Positions 31,954 through 41,877 of a stretch of DNA of 64,000 nt are shown here, piece after piece. The stretch is from a virus, in the IMG/VR virus record IMGVR_UViG_3300013233_000109, positions 8,895 through 72,894 of that record. One strand, written 5' to 3'. Every line of letters begins with the position of its first letter. The stretch's first letter is position 1. The position numbers and the translations under genes are program-made. The notes below the pieces were generated by a model. That model saw nothing but the letters and a program-made list of their open reading frames with translations. It searched no databases and was not told the origin of the DNA.

Positions 31954-34466
31954 TAGAAATAATCCTCGTTAAATGTGTTTGTACCTACGCCTATAGCACC
32001 TGTTACAGTTGATGTTAAATCATTTGATACGTTGCTTGCTAGTTCTGCTAAATTCTTAAACGCTCCTGGCGCTAAGCTTGCTAATTCTGCCTGCAGTGGT
32101 TGTGTTTTTGACCCTAGTCCTTCTGCTTGCTTAACTAACGCACCTATGTCTACTGCCCCTGTTAGTGATTTTGCTGTATTTGCTAGCTGAGTTACGTCTG
32201 GCATTAACTTATCGCCAATTAAATCATTTTGTATAGCATCTAACGCTGAGCGATCTACTGTTCCTACTACGCGCTTGACACCCGACGCTATAGCATCTGA
32301 GGCTACAGCTGCCTGCTCTGTCACAGATGCTGCTATAGGTGCAGCTTGCTCAGCAAATCCTTGACCTGCTTGCTTTAATGAATCTATTACACCGCCAGCA
32401 GTAATGTTATTTAACACCCCGCCTGCTTTAGATACCGCTAATTCAGCAGCGTGAGACGCGGTGCCTGCGGTGCTATTGATCCCGGCTAATACATCATTGC
32501 TTATCGATGTGGTATTGCCTGATGCCCACTTGCTGATTGTACTCGCACCTGCTTCGAAGCTCGCTGCTATCATTGGCATAGTATCTGTTGCTGATTCTAA
32601 TCCTGTTAGTACTCCTGCTTGTTTAAATGAGGTGTATGCTTGCTCCATTGCTTGCTGCGCTATTGCTGTCTGTGCTGGTAAACTTGATGTTAAATCTGCT
32701 AAGCTATTTATACCGCCTTTTCCTGTAAATAGCGAATTATCTGCTAATGCTGATAGTTGTGCTGTTATTGTTGTCAATTTTGATACTACACCTTGAACTA
32801 TTGTCCCAGCAGCTTCTAGATTTGCTACTGGTATGCCTAGCTCGCCTACACCTTTTATTATACCACTGCTTGCTGCTACTGCTACTTCTTCTTTACGTGC
32901 TGCTACTGCCGCTGTTGTTTGCGCTGCTGATACTGGGCCTACTGCTTTAGCTGGAGCGTTTTTTGCCTGTGTTGCTGCTTTTGCTACTGTCACTTTAGTT
33001 ACTGGCGGTGTTGCTTTTACAGCATCAATTACTTGTTGTGTCTGTGGTTTTGCTACTGCAGGGGATAATGTCGGCACGAATGCTATCCCCTCAGGTACAC
33101 CGGTGTTATGCTCAGGGTATGGTTCGTGTGTTGGCGCCCTCGAGACTATGGTTTTATTTATTTTTGCTTCGCTTACTCGCCAGCCTGTTATGTCACTAAA
33201 TTCAGTCTCAGGTAGTAATGATGGTTCGTGATATTCTGTTTTCTTTACTTTACCAGGATCGTATGTGTTTAAATCTATTCTACTGCCTTTTATTGCTACA
33301 TTAGCAGTGGCTCTTATGCGTGTTTGTAATAAACTGTCGCAATGAATAAATCCGTCTGATTTTACTGTTAATTTCTTTTCGCTATATAATGCTACGTGTT
33401 CTTTGCCAATGATATCGAATCTTTTTTCACATTCTTGCTTAATGTTTTCTTTAGCATAGAAATTAATGTTTTTATTACTATGCATGTTAATGTCTTTGTC
33501 GGCGTGAATGTTTATTTCGCCTTGACTACGCAAATTAATACTATTAGAACTATATACGTCCACTGTTCCTTCGTTGCCAAATTCTAGCCATGTTTGCCCA
33601 TTCGCATGTGCTATATACAGTGCTGCGCCACTATCAGACATTGTAATTTGATGCCCTGTTGCTGTGCGTAGGCGGATCAATCTGTCGTTATCTTTAATGT
33701 CACCATCGTCCATTACAAAACTATGGCCGCCTTGTCGTGTTTTTACCGCTTTGTTGCTGCCTTCCTTGACACGTTCTCTACCGGGGGTGCTGATGCCGTA
33801 TGCGTATGACGGGCTTTCGCGTTGCGCTGACGATCCGATTGGTCCGCGTATTGTGTCGCTTATTGTGCCGGCTTGCCACATCTGTGTTGCTGATAATGTG
33901 TGTAGTGGTTTAGGTAGATTCTTGAAATTTGGGTTGTTCATATTCTTATCTGAACGATTAATTTCGCAAGTTGGCAGCTGTGTATTGGCATCTGTGTTGA
34001 ATGCTAATCGCTGTTTCTCTGTGTTAAAGATTACAGTGTCTGCCGCTTTCGCACCAACTGCCGGTATCATGTGATTCATTTGAGGCTGTGGTATACACCC
34101 AACATAATAACCTTGACTTGGGTCGCCATTGACAAAGAAACAAAGTACTTCTACTCCAAGATCCGGCGTAGTGAACCACATACCATATGAATGCGCATTT
34201 TTATTAAAATCTGAATCAGAGGTATCATTTAAATCATGCGACGTATTGCCATAGAACGGTGACAGGTATCGTACATCGCGCCATCCGCTCTCATCATTGC
34301 GATTCTGATTTCCTCGTGTTTTTAGCCATACACTTACTCTCCCTGTTCTGTTAGCATCTATATTCGCCATCACGATCCCAACATATGGCCCGTGTTCTGC
34401 TCTGTTGCCGTTACCGACATCATTGTATATATTTGCACCAGTGTTAGTGCCGTGCATGTTATCCAT
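31953..34466 (-). CDS. gp5: Baseplate hub/spike protein (gp5/VgrG-like OB fold and beta-helix) with long Ala-rich C-terminal extension
   Basis: GIVMANID..RTGRVSV, SYGMW...PDLG..V.C.F..GD...GYYVG, GGHSFVMDDG, RTATGH, PTHEP. Confidence 0.85.
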   Translation of the reverse strand: MDNMHGTNTGANIYNDVGNGNRAEHGPYVGIVMANIDANRTGRVSVWLKTRGNQNRNDESGWRDVRYLSPFYGNTSHDLNDTSDSDFNKNAHSYGMWFTTPDLGVEVLCFFVNGDPSQGYYVGCIPQPQMNHMIPAVGAKAADTVIFNTEKQRLAFNTDANTQLPTCEINRSDKNMNNPNFKNLPKPLHTLSATQMWQAGTISDTIRGPIGSSAQRESPSYAYGISTPGRERVKEGSNKAVKTRQGGHSFVMDDGDIKDNDRLIRLRTATGHQITMSDSGAALYIAHANGQTWLEFGNEGTVDVYSSNSINLRSQGEINIHADKDINMHSNKNINFYAKENIKQECEKRFDIIGKEHVALYSEKKLTVKSDGFIHCDSLLQTRIRATANVAIKGSRIDLNTYDPGKVKKTEYHEPSLLPETEFSDITGWRVSEAKINKTIVSRAPTHEPYPEHNTGVPEGIAFVPTLSPAVAKPQTQQVIDAVKATPPVTKVTVAKAATQAKNAPAKAVGPVSAAQTTAAVAARKEEVAVAASSGIIKGVGELGIPVANLEAAGTIVQGVVSKLTTITAQLSALADNSLFTGKGGINSLADLTSSLPAQTAIAQQAMEQAYTSFKQAGVLTGLESATDTMPMIAASFEAGASTISKWASGNTTSISNDVLAGINSTAGTASHAAELAVSKAGGVLNNITAGGVIDSLKQAGQGFAEQAAPIAASVTEQAAVASDAIASGVKRVVGTVDRSALDAIQNDLIGDKLMPDVTQLANTAKSLTGAVDIGALVKQAEGLGSKTQPLQAELASLAPGAFKNLAELASNVSNDLTSTVTGAIGVGTNTFNEDYF

Positions 34467-37400
34467 TAATTATCATCTCCGTTTAAGAATCTATCGGCAC
34501 CATCGTCTGATATCTCGATACCGTTGAACGCTTGCTTTATATCATCGCCTGTGTCTTCTACTACTGTTACTGCATTATTTATAAAGCGTCCTGCTCCATC
34601 AAATAAACTAGCTGCTACATTCGAGATAGGTGCGGTTACATCTTTAACGACGTTGGCGGCACTTGAGAAAGCCGCTGATACATTCTCTGTTAAGTCTACT
34701 GGATCTACTCCTACTGGGCTAGCAGTAACCGTGGTAAGATTTTCTTCGGCTTCAGTGGGTAGTGTTGTATTTTGTAGTGGTTTTGTAGCTACTGGACTAC
34801 TTATTACTGCGGTTTTGCTATTAGCTGTATTCATACCGCTCATTTCTGCTGCGGTTGTTTTATTATTTTCTTCGCGCTGAACGTCATTTGGCGCACCGAA
34901 TGTGCAACCTTCGGGTATAAACATTAGCGTTCCGCTTAATCGTTGTGTGAATGCTCCGCCGGTTAGTTCTGTGGTTATTGTGTTAGCCCTGTATATAAAT
35001 GAGTGCTGAGATAATCCCGGCTGGCCTGTTGCTAAATCGTATCCTGTGTTTCCTGCTTTAACATCTGCTAATCCTGTGTATAAATCGTAATCTGTTATGG
35101 TATTGAAATTTATAGCGAAATATACCTCAGATACATCGTAATTTATCGACCCATCGTCTAAGAACGGTTTGTGATTAAATGGGCCTCCTATATTTTGTTC
35201 CGGACTATAAAATAATTCACTTTGTGCTATAAAGTCTGGGTCACCTACGATGTCAATCTCTACTACCGCTTGATCGCCCGGAGAATATAATTCGCTTGCT
35301 GCTGCAGCTGATGGATCGTTGCTACCTAATTCGCCGTTTTCTGTATATGATGCTGTCGCTTCCATTGGGTGTAGTGTCTGTATAGTTCGTGCGTCGTGGG
35401 TTTTCCTATTAGGGTCTTGCGGCTTGTCGGCTGTGCCAAATGCTGTATAATACAAATAATTGTAATCTTGTGAGAACTTTATGACCTCGGTGTTTTCGCC
35501 GGTAAACCAGTAATCAAACTTTTTGTGAATATTAAAACATTTATTATTCTCAAAATTATGAATTGATACACTGTCTACTTTGAACGCAGATATGTGATAT
35601 GTGATTTTTGTAGCATAAACGTTCCGTATATCATCTTTCTCTAATTGCTCTACTTGTGTTCTTATTTTAAACCAGGTTAGATTTTGTCTGTCTTTGGGTA
35701 TTAGCTTGCCGCTATTTTCGTCAGTTGCTTTATCGTATTGATCAGTGATAAACGTGCTATTGCGCATTATAGTATCGATTACTCTAGTAATTTTTTTACC
35801 AGCATTACTCTCAAATCGTCGTTGATTTGTTAATGCTGCTACATCGGGGTCATCGCGTGCTGGATCATCTACTTTGTGTATAGGTGTAGCATTAAGGTTT
35901 TGAGTGCCCGGCTTTATTACTGTTATTTTGTCAGGGTCTATTTTTACCATCGTGTCTGTTTCGTCAAACTTTATTTCATACAGATCTTTTTCTTTGATTA
36001 ATTTCTTGTCGTACAAATAATCTTGCCTGGCGTTAAGTGCTTCTGCTAAACCGTATATATTCTTATTACCGCTTTTGTTAGTAGGATGATTGCCAACGAG
36101 CACATCGCGTAATGTTCTCCCTTGCACCTTTGTATTAGCTGGTACTCCGCCGTGAACAAAATCAAGCGGGGCATTACTATTAGGGCAGACTGCTTCGCAG
36201 CTATAATCTATTTTGTTACTGTCTAAGCGAAATGATGCTTTAGTAAACATAAATGGGATGAATTTTTCTGACACTGCTTGTCGATCGCTTAATGTTTCTG
36301 ACGTTTCTAGATCACTTGCGCTAATCTGATTGCCTTCTGCGTCGTAACCGTAAAATCTTACAACCATTAAATAGTTTTGTGCTACATAATTTATATTTTC
36401 TGTTGTGTTTTTAGTAAAATCTCGGACTAATCCTTGTAAGTTTTCAAGAAATGTTAACCCAGCGGGTTCCGTTATGGTGAATTTCATTGTGAATACATTA
36501 TGCGGGGCTTGTGTTGCTGACCCACTTACTAATCCTTCAAACTGAATATGATCTATATAATAATCTAATGGGAAATTTTCTGCACGTTTTGCTCCAAAAT
36601 TATGTGTGTTAGCAGTGCCGGGCTTTGCGCTAATGCCGCCACTTTGCATGAATAATGTTAGCCCCTCAACTGATTTAGTGCCGGATCGCATTAACTCTCT
36701 GTACTCGGGATTGCTTAAAATATATAAACTAATACTATATGTCATTGTCGCAAATGCTTTAAACGGATTTGGCTTTGGTTCCCAGGTGCTGTTGAACACT
36801 GTAGCATCCTCTGGTGATATTTTTCCTTTATTATTTAAAATCGCAAGTGACTCGCTTTCTTCAGCAGGATCAATGCTAGCGTTAGCAAACCTTTGTTTAT
36901 TTTGTACGCCAGGTTCTGTGCTAGCTGCTGGTGCTATAGTATCTGTTTTTTTAGCATTGGCTAGCGTGTCTGCTGATAATGTTGCTGAGGTGGATGCTGT
37001 ATTACTAGGTGGATTATTTGGTGCCGATGATGCTTTTGCTGCATTGCGACCTATGTTTGCGTATTCGTCATTGGACGTGTCGTACCCATCGTAAGATACA
37101 ACCCCATTGTTGAATAATTCACTTGCACCGCCGGCTCCGGATATATGTGCTGCTGCAGCAAATGCGGCTATGTCTGCTTCACTGGATGCAGATGTTAACG
37201 CACCTAGTGATTTTCCTTGACGAAGATTAAATGCTACATTATTATCAAATGCTGTATTTTGTATGCTTTCGCTTTCTAAGAATGCTGATAAATTTGTGGC
37301 TCCGTTTTTGCCTGTCCATACACTAGGATTATTTAATACTGAATTGCCACCGAGTGATGCGCCGGGCGTTATGTATCCATTTGTTTCTAATGCTGACGCG

Positions 37401-37525
37401 CCAAATTGAAATTTACCAACATATCCTAGCGTATTTACTACTGAGATATCCCCGGAGCTTTCTCTTTGTCCTATAGCTTCGCGTAATTGTGATTGCGTAC
37501 CCGACGATAATTTACTTATTGCCAT
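34466..37525 (-). CDS. Baseplate hub protein with N-terminal lysozyme-like (peptidoglycan hydrolase) domain
   Basis: IGQRESSG...N..GYVGKFQFG lysozyme-like motif; FTITEP and IVGDPDFI hub motifs. Confidence 0.75.
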   Translation of the reverse strand: MAISKLSSGTQSQLREAIGQRESSGDISVVNTLGYVGKFQFGASALETNGYITPGASLGGNSVLNNPSVWTGKNGATNLSAFLESESIQNTAFDNNVAFNLRQGKSLGALTSASSEADIAAFAAAAHISGAGGASELFNNGVVSYDGYDTSNDEYANIGRNAAKASSAPNNPPSNTASTSATLSADTLANAKKTDTIAPAASTEPGVQNKQRFANASIDPAEESESLAILNNKGKISPEDATVFNSTWEPKPNPFKAFATMTYSISLYILSNPEYRELMRSGTKSVEGLTLFMQSGGISAKPGTANTHNFGAKRAENFPLDYYIDHIQFEGLVSGSATQAPHNVFTMKFTITEPAGLTFLENLQGLVRDFTKNTTENINYVAQNYLMVVRFYGYDAEGNQISASDLETSETLSDRQAVSEKFIPFMFTKASFRLDSNKIDYSCEAVCPNSNAPLDFVHGGVPANTKVQGRTLRDVLVGNHPTNKSGNKNIYGLAEALNARQDYLYDKKLIKEKDLYEIKFDETDTMVKIDPDKITVIKPGTQNLNATPIHKVDDPARDDPDVAALTNQRRFESNAGKKITRVIDTIMRNSTFITDQYDKATDENSGKLIPKDRQNLTWFKIRTQVEQLEKDDIRNVYATKITYHISAFKVDSVSIHNFENNKCFNIHKKFDYWFTGENTEVIKFSQDYNYLYYTAFGTADKPQDPNRKTHDARTIQTLHPMEATASYTENGELGSNDPSAAAASELYSPGDQAVVEIDIVGDPDFIAQSELFYSPEQNIGGPFNHKPFLDDGSINYDVSEVYFAINFNTITDYDLYTGLADVKAGNTGYDLATGQPGLSQHSFIYRANTITTELTGGAFTQRLSGTLMFIPEGCTFGAPNDVQREENNKTTAAEMSGMNTANSKTAVISSPVATKPLQNTTLPTEAEENLTTVTASPVGVDPVDLTENVSAAFSSAANVVKDVTAPISNVAASLFDGAGRFINNAVTVVEDTGDDIKQAFNGIEISDDGADRFLNGDDN

Positions 37526-37526
37526 A

Positions 37527-37823
37527 TTATATTCCTAGCACTGAGCGTAATGTGTCTATGTGTGGTAACTTTATTGCTGTTCCTAGTTTAAAATCTATTA
37601 GCGGATTAACTAAAATATTTGGATTCCGCATTGCGAATACCCACCATAAATCAGCACTATTATATAAATCGTATGCTAATAAATCTGGACGTTTATCGTA
37701 TGTTGCGTTTATTGTGAATAAAACATCATCGGCTAATTTTGGAATACTTCTATTTTCCATGGTATCTAAATAGAAATCTGTTATAGGAGTGCTTAGATGC
37801 GCACTAGTTTGTCTGTATTTCAT
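37527..37823 (-). CDS. gp53: LysM-like baseplate wedge protein (gp53-like)
   Basis: RPDLLAYDLYNSADLWWVFAMRNP. Confidence 0.82.
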   Translation of the reverse strand: MKYRQTSAHLSTPITDFYLDTMENRSIPKLADDVLFTINATYDKRPDLLAYDLYNSADLWWVFAMRNPNILVNPLIDFKLGTAIKLPHIDTLRSVLGI

Positions 37824-38902
37824 TACCAAAATCCTTTCTTTAATAAACTGCCGTTAGCATATTCTTTCAAGCTAAATTCATTACTAACTTGATCTCTTGT
37901 TTGTATAGGCAGCATTGAGAAATTTATGTCTATCTTTGTAGGCACATACGTTTTACTGTTATATATTTTTGTTAAATCATTAACATCGCCCGAGCTATTA
38001 GATGCATTTGCAGATGCTAATGACGGGACTGCCCCTTTATTAGCACCGGCTCCAGTTAATCTGCTTATAACTGATCCTACTAAATTACTTCCGATGCTGC
38101 CGCCTGCTTCGACTCCAGCAGTTGCAAAAAAGTCTGTTGGATTAGCTCCATCTGGTACACCGGCAGCTATATAATCTACGTCGTTGGGCATATTATAATT
38201 TACCATTGTGATTACTGCTGGGTGATCTTTAAATTGATATTCCCCTAGTCCTTCTAAAAATACCAATGGTGGTGGCATCCCGCGTTGTGTGTCTTGTCCG
38301 TAAAACATTTTTGTACACGATCGTAAGAAGTGCAGTGCTGCTAACATATAATTAGCTTCTTTTGTGTCTTGTGCTGTAAATGTTGCTGTTACTAATAATT
38401 CAATAACGTTACTGCCTTTGTAGAAATATCCCCTGTAATTACTATGTGTTAGATCGTAATTCTCATAATTAGCATTATATTGTACTGCTATCTGTGGAGT
38501 ATACGGAAATATCAATCCTTGTGTTTTTGCTAGTGGCGCTAATATACCCGGGTTTGGGTCACCGTAAAGGTACTTTGCCCCTTTAGCTAGTTTTAATTTA
38601 ACACGCCAATCGTTACTAGGCACGCCAATAGCGGCACCATCTGGGGGAGTGATATTAACTGGCTCATTTGCTACATCAATTGGCGAACCTATAACCGACA
38701 CTGGCTCTGGAGCCGCAAATGTCTGCGCGGACTGTACGGCATCTGCTAAGTTTGCTGGATTACTGAAATTTTCAGTTCCTAAATTAGTACTTTGACCAAA
38801 CCCACCTGTTACTATACTATTAGTAGCAGGCACGGTTATTCCTAGTGCTGCTTCATCTGGGAATGGGGATAATTGCGGTTCGTTCTCTACTGGTATTGGC
38901 AT
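37823..38902 (-). CDS. Tail tube initiator/baseplate protein (gp48/gp54-like)
   Basis: FPYTPQI, THSNY, GMPPPLVFL.G.G.Y.F, YVPT motifs; first gene of the baseplate operon. Confidence 0.72.
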   Translation of the reverse strand: MPIPVENEPQLSPFPDEAALGITVPATNSIVTGGFGQSTNLGTENFSNPANLADAVQSAQTFAAPEPVSVIGSPIDVANEPVNITPPDGAAIGVPSNDWRVKLKLAKGAKYLYGDPNPGILAPLAKTQGLIFPYTPQIAVQYNANYENYDLTHSNYRGYFYKGSNVIELLVTATFTAQDTKEANYMLAALHFLRSCTKMFYGQDTQRGMPPPLVFLEGLGEYQFKDHPAVITMVNYNMPNDVDYIAAGVPDGANPTDFFATAGVEAGGSIGSNLVGSVISRLTGAGANKGAVPSLASANASNSSGDVNDLTKIYNSKTYVPTKIDINFSMLPIQTRDQVSNEFSLKEYANGSLLKKGFW

Positions 38903-38953
38903 AATCGTATTTATGATGTTATATAATCTGCGTAGTTTATAATCTACAAGTGG

Positions 38954-38982
38954 TTGACCATTTTGCTGTACTATGCTATACT
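38954..38982 (+). promoter_or_regulatory. Sigma70-type promoter for the gp55-gp47-gp46 operon
   Basis: TTGACC-N17-TATACT with extended TG; AGGAG RBS before ATG 39005. Confidence 0.8.
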
Positions 38983-39004
38983 AACACATAGGAGAAAACT
39001 AATA

Positions 39005-41005
39005 ATGGCTAGAAAAAAGAAATATCTCAATAATTCGGATATGCTTAAAGAAATACATTTAAGTAAGATTTCATACTGTAAATTTGCCGATAAAGCAAAT
39101 GATCATCAAGAAGATTATATAGTAGAATCAGTAGAAGCAATTAATCAAACAGCGAATGTGCAAGTTTCAAAAGATGAAGCAGGTGAACCTATTATGGGCG
39201 ATGTGCCGGTGATTGAGTTAGCTAGAGCTGCTAGAGCTAAGCGGTTAACTAAACTAGATATTCCTACACTAGTAGAGGATGTGTTAGATACTGATCTTGT
39301 TTTTCGTGTTATGACCACTGAACACATACCACTGGTTCCAAAGAAAAAAGCTAAAAAGAAACCAATCGTTAAGAAATCTGAAGTAGTAGCATTATTTGAG
39401 GATTTAATGGATGAGGTGCCGCTAAAGGAAAATGAAGCTATAATTGACGACGAGGTGGTTGAGATGGTTCCTATGCGTTGTAAATTCCCACCGTTTTTCC
39501 ACTATCGCATAGATGAGCAACAAAAACCTTATATTGTAGGGAAATCGCACTGGAAAGGTAACAGCATAGATGATGGGGAATTTTCTATGGAGCATGGGCA
39601 GACCACCGGGAATCTTGCTATGATGTATATTAAATTATGCGAACGCTACGGCACTAGAAGTAACTGGCGCGGTTACTGCATTCCAGACAATGTCGAAGCA
39701 CTAACAAAGAGAGGATGGTTATCCGAGAGCGACATTAATACAGATGATGAAATTTTATCGTACGATGACGGTAACATGCGGTGGAGTGCTATTAAATCTA
39801 TTTTTAGAGATCATAATTACAACGGAATGATGCACAGTTTATCAAACATGCACATGGATTATCTTGCAACACCCGGTCACAAATTAGTAACCAATAGAGG
39901 TTTAGTGCCAATTGAATACGTTTTAGGGTCAGACCGTGTTATTTTAATGGGCGAAGCAGAGGAAACATCGTTTAGTCAGATTTATTCCGACGCATTTGTT
40001 GAATTATTAGGATGGATTGTAACCGAAGGGACTTATCAATTGCCAAAAAAATCTATTCAAATTTACCAAAATGCTGGCCCTTACGCCGACAGAATTCGTA
40101 ATTGTTTAATTAAATTAGATTATGGATTTAGCGAGGCACCGCACGGTAAAAGTGGTGTTAATATATGCTTCTCATTGAGAAGACCGGCTTCGGCAGAAAT
40201 ATTCAAAATATTGCCAGAAAAGAATTTAAACATGGACTTTATTACATCACTTACCCGTGACCAAAGATTTATACTAATCGATACTATGATTGACGGTGAT
40301 GGGCATCGCCTAAAAAATTATAAAGGATCGCCAAGTAGACGATATGATCAAAAATGCAGTACGCACATGGATTTATTTCAAGCGTTATGTTCGATTTCTG
40401 GCTACCGAACACACAACTACAAAAGACTTATGGAAAATTATAGTAAAACCGGGCACATTACTATGAATCGATTAACTTTTTTGTCTAAAAATAAAAATAC
40501 TACAAACGCAGGAAGTATTGACTTCAATGGTGGTTTAGTTAAAAACCGTGGTGTTAATATAAAAAATAAACATAATCACCCTAACAAACCTACTACTCCG
40601 TATCAAGGTACGGTTTGGTGTCCTGAGACTGAATATGGGTGCTTCTTAGCAAGACGCAATGGCAAGGTTTATTTAACCGGCAATACTTACAATGACGAAA
40701 TGCAAGGACAAGCATTACTACAATTATCGCAAATTGGCTTGCAATTTAACGAATTAAAATCGCAGAATCCATTTGCATATTATACTGCCGCAGTGACGAA
40801 TAGTTTTACCCGGGTGCTGAATATTGAGAAAAAGATGCAAATGATACGTGATGATATTTTAGAGGCAAATGGGCTATCGCCTAGCTGGACTAGACAATTT
40901 GAGAATGATAAGACGGATACTAAGTATCTAGACGACCATGGTATCTTAAAGGAAGATGATTCGTGTGAGGCTGGTGACGTTAAGGTTATATACGAGGAGA
41001 AGTGA
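39005..41005 (+). CDS. gp55: Late transcription sigma factor (gp55-like), intein-containing precursor
   Basis: YLNN.DM N-terminus; spliced core reads SNWRGY/TYNDEM...FNELKSQNPFAYYT...SF.RVLNIEKK, matching T4 gp55 motifs; adjacent to gp47/gp46. Confidence 0.88.
   Translation: MARKKKYLNNSDMLKEIHLSKISYCKFADKANDHQEDYIVESVEAINQTANVQVSKDEAGEPIMGDVPVIELARAARAKRLTKLDIPTLVEDVLDTDLVFRVMTTEHIPLVPKKKAKKKPIVKKSEVVALFEDLMDEVPLKENEAIIDDEVVEMVPMRCKFPPFFHYRIDEQQKPYIVGKSHWKGNSIDDGEFSMEHGQTTGNLAMMYIKLCERYGTRSNWRGYCIPDNVEALTKRGWLSESDINTDDEILSYDDGNMRWSAIKSIFRDHNYNGMMHSLSNMHMDYLATPGHKLVTNRGLVPIEYVLGSDRVILMGEAEETSFSQIYSDAFVELLGWIVTEGTYQLPKKSIQIYQNAGPYADRIRNCLIKLDYGFSEAPHGKSGVNICFSLRRPASAEIFKILPEKNLNMDFITSLTRDQRFILIDTMIDGDGHRLKNYKGSPSRRYDQKCSTHMDLFQALCSISGYRTHNYKRLMENYSKTGHITMNRLTFLSKNKNTTNAGSIDFNGGLVKNRGVNIKNKHNHPNKPTTPYQGTVWCPETEYGCFLARRNGKVYLTGNTYNDEMQGQALLQLSQIGLQFNELKSQNPFAYYTAAVTNSFTRVLNIEKKMQMIRDDILEANGLSPSWTRQFENDKTDTKYLDDHGILKEDDSCEAGDVKVIYEEK
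39677..40684 (+). mobile_element. Intein (336 aa) with LAGLIDADG homing endonuclease domain
   Basis: Starts CIPDNVEALTKRGW (block A), TPGHK (block B), LLGWIVTEG and DTMIDGDG (LAGLIDADG blocks), ends VWCPETEYGCFLARRNGKVYLTGN followed by +1 Thr. Confidence 0.93.
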
Positions 41006-41877
41006 TGGTGAGGAGCGATTGTGTTCCTATTATATATCCGCCTGGGGCGTACGGGCATTATATATTTTGGATATTAAATAATTTTACAGAGCGCGGGAAC
41101 GGAACTAATAAAACTGTACCATTTGACAAATACGGTGGGTCACACGGTCAAATTAAAAGCAAAACCTTTTGTAAAATAGAAGAGTTACAATTTAATAGCA
41201 TGAAAAAACAAAGGTTTTTTCATGCTCATTGCGTGCAGCGGCAAGACATTCCAGTGCATGCTACACAATTTAATATTCTTAATAATTGGTTTAGTAAATG
41301 GATTATTGTTGCAACAGATAAATGTATGTTAACAAGGTATAATAATCTGTTCGAAAAAGCAACAAACTGCGATATTGATGTATTTTCGTCGATTCTGCCA
41401 ACTGTGATGATAGATAGCACAATGTCAGTGTTTGAAGTCAGGGAAATGCTAAGTTATAAATTATTTTACCCGGTTCCTTGGATATCTAGCAACAACATAC
41501 CTGGATCTTTTGATTTAAAACCAGGCTATTTATTATATGATTTTGAAAATACATTAAATAAATTATGTGCTTATTTAGATACTACTATTTCAAGTGATGA
41601 TATGCTGTTTTTGATTAAAACGCACAAAACATTCATGTCATTGCAGCAACATTTACATAAAGATGAAATAGTCGCTAAATTTTTAACAAATTTCAAAGAG
41701 GGTTTAGATGTGCCATTACCTGATAATTTAAGTATTATAGATGAGGCGTACATACAACATTATTTGCGAGATACATTACACTTAGAGATAAAATGCGATG
41801 GGCTAGATGTATTTCCAAGCAGCACAACAAAATTAAGAGAGATAACATATCCAGCGGAGGATTTAATACGTGAGTAA
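41002..41877 (+). CDS. Hypothetical protein, possibly sulfotransferase-like P-loop fold
   Basis: IIYPPGAYGHYI N-terminal motif; overlaps both neighbours. Confidence 0.6.
   Translation: MMVRSDCVPIIYPPGAYGHYIFWILNNFTERGNGTNKTVPFDKYGGSHGQIKSKTFCKIEELQFNSMKKQRFFHAHCVQRQDIPVHATQFNILNNWFSKWIIVATDKCMLTRYNNLFEKATNCDIDVFSSILPTVMIDSTMSVFEVREMLSYKLFYPVPWISSNNIPGSFDLKPGYLLYDFENTLNKLCAYLDTTISSDDMLFLIKTHKTFMSLQQHLHKDEIVAKFLTNFKEGLDVPLPDNLSIIDEAYIQHYLRDTLHLEIKCDGLDVFPSSTTKLREITYPAEDLIRE

Noticed and set aside
394-38174. Many plus-strand ORFs of 60-160 aa opposite the minus-strand genes
   Set aside because: They lie antisense within motif-supported genes, lack RBS or promoters, and look like reverse-frame shadows
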